From the IMG/VR virus record IMGVR_UViG_3300042197_004429, positions 32,001 through 96,000 of that record: DNA of 64,000 bases; one strand, written 5' to 3'. Source of the DNA: a virus. The notes below the pieces were generated by a model that saw only the letters and a program-made list of their open reading frames with translations, was not told the DNA's origin and ran no database searches. Shown here piece by piece: positions 63,213-64,000 of the stretch (position 1 is the first letter of the stretch; each line of letters starts with the position of its first letter). A program made the translations under genes and the position numbers.

Positions 63213-64000
63213 TTGATAAGCATTTTTATAATGTATTCGACCGACAGATTTCAAGCATTAGAATATACCATTTCTTGCTTGGAGCAAATGCCTTTATACT
63301 CGAAGTGCCAAAAAACATTAATTGTTGATGGGAAAATTGATCAAATTCCAAATGATTGGGAAAGCATACAGGTTCCTAGGATAAATGATGATTTTTGTTG
63401 GGGAAGAATGTGGGACGCTGGCGTTTGCTCTGCGAAATATGAAAAAATACTCTATCTAGATTCTGATCGCCTTCTTTCTAAGTCTTTTTTGAAATTGATT
63501 GAAGAATATGTAGTCGATAATGTTTTTGCGTTTACTTCTAAACATTTTATGATGAAAAATAAAATTTCTGTAGGTGAATGCAAAAAAGCCCTTCTAGAAG
63601 ACGACCTACAACAAATGTTTGTAAAAAATCCTGATATTTCTTCTTTTTTACAATACGAAACACGCCACGAACAACCCTTTCACGGTCCTGGAAAAAATGT
63701 TATGTCGGGAAGCACTGCTTTTACTAGGGACACCTATTTAAAACTTGGTGGTGTTGATCAATGGTATTGTGGTCACGGTGCATTTGCCGATAGTGATTTC
63801 CATATGCAAGCCGCTTGTACTGGTTGTAGTTTTTTGGATTTAGGCACACCAGAACTTCATTTTCCGCATGAAAAATTAGATAATCAAAATACCAGCCTAA
63901 CAGACAAGCAGATTTGGAAATTGAGTTTGGATAACTTTATTTATTATTGCATTAAATGGAAATTACCTATAGCCCTGGCTGAGAGTTTTGCCGTGAGATG
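63213..64000 (+). CDS. Partial GT2/GT7-like glycosyltransferase (runs off the window)
   Basis: LISIFIMYS..., YLDSD, LGGVDQWYCGHGAFADSDF. Confidence 0.7.
   Translation, partial: MISIFIMYSTDRFQALEYTISCLEQMPLYSKCQKTLIVDGKIDQIPNDWESIQVPRINDDFCWGRMWDAGVCSAKYEKILYLDSDRLLSKSFLKLIEEYVVDNVFAFTSKHFMMKNKISVGECKKALLEDDLQQMFVKNPDISSFLQYETRHEQPFHGPGKNVMSGSTAFTRDTYLKLGGVDQWYCGHGAFADSDFHMQAACTGCSFLDLGTPELHFPHEKLDNQNTSLTDKQIWKLSLDNFIYYCIKWKLPIALAESFAVR

Noticed and set aside
1-64000. CRISPR array or cas genes
   Set aside because: No regularly spaced repeat-spacer series seen; the only RuvC protein is an IS607 TnpB.
1-64000. Alternative genetic code (TAG/TGA recoding)
   Set aside because: Recognisable proteins are full length in code 11 and coding density is high.
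1-64000. Eukaryotic giant virus origin (suggested by GT47, BCS1-like, LRR genes)
   Set aside because: Shine-Dalgarno motifs, sigma70 promoters, overlapping operons and T4-like late/CTS signals indicate a bacteriophage.

Overview
64 kb of a large, AT-rich bacteriophage genome (genetic code 11), most consistent with a T4-like or 'huge' myophage. Support: sigma70 early promoters, TATAAATA-like late promoters, many proteins starting with a T4 capsid-targeting-sequence-like N-terminus, tRNAs and Shine-Dalgarno motifs. No core capsid, terminase or replication genes lie in the window. Main blocks: (1) two glycan synthesis/tailoring regions (1-15.6 kb in part; 43.4-64 kb) with many glycosyltransferases, four sulfotransferase-like proteins, a NodU/CmcH carbamoyltransferase, methyltransferases, Fe/2OG dioxygenases, WbqC, DegT, Fcl and RmlC; (2) a ~16.5 kb co-oriented early region of small hypothetical ORFs (16.0-32.5 kb); (3) translation/RNA-maintenance genes (tRNA-Gly, tRNA-Cys, Pth2, an HD-CCA-adding enzyme fusion, a Pol-beta-like nucleotidyltransferase); (4) an intact IS607-family element (39090-41184); (5) a second, non-autonomous IS607-like element (27641-30286). 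The second element carries an HNH-SF2 helicase gene where tnpA would be, an internally deleted tnpB and an apparently intact omegaRNA scaffold. The best novelty candidates are this HNH-helicase/omegaRNA element, a promoter- and terminator-bounded ~150-nt ncRNA with a kissing-loop three-way junction (32551-32699), the capsid-targeted HD-CCA fusion, and two structurally atypical tRNAs. All family assignments come from motif recognition by eye; no database searches were run.
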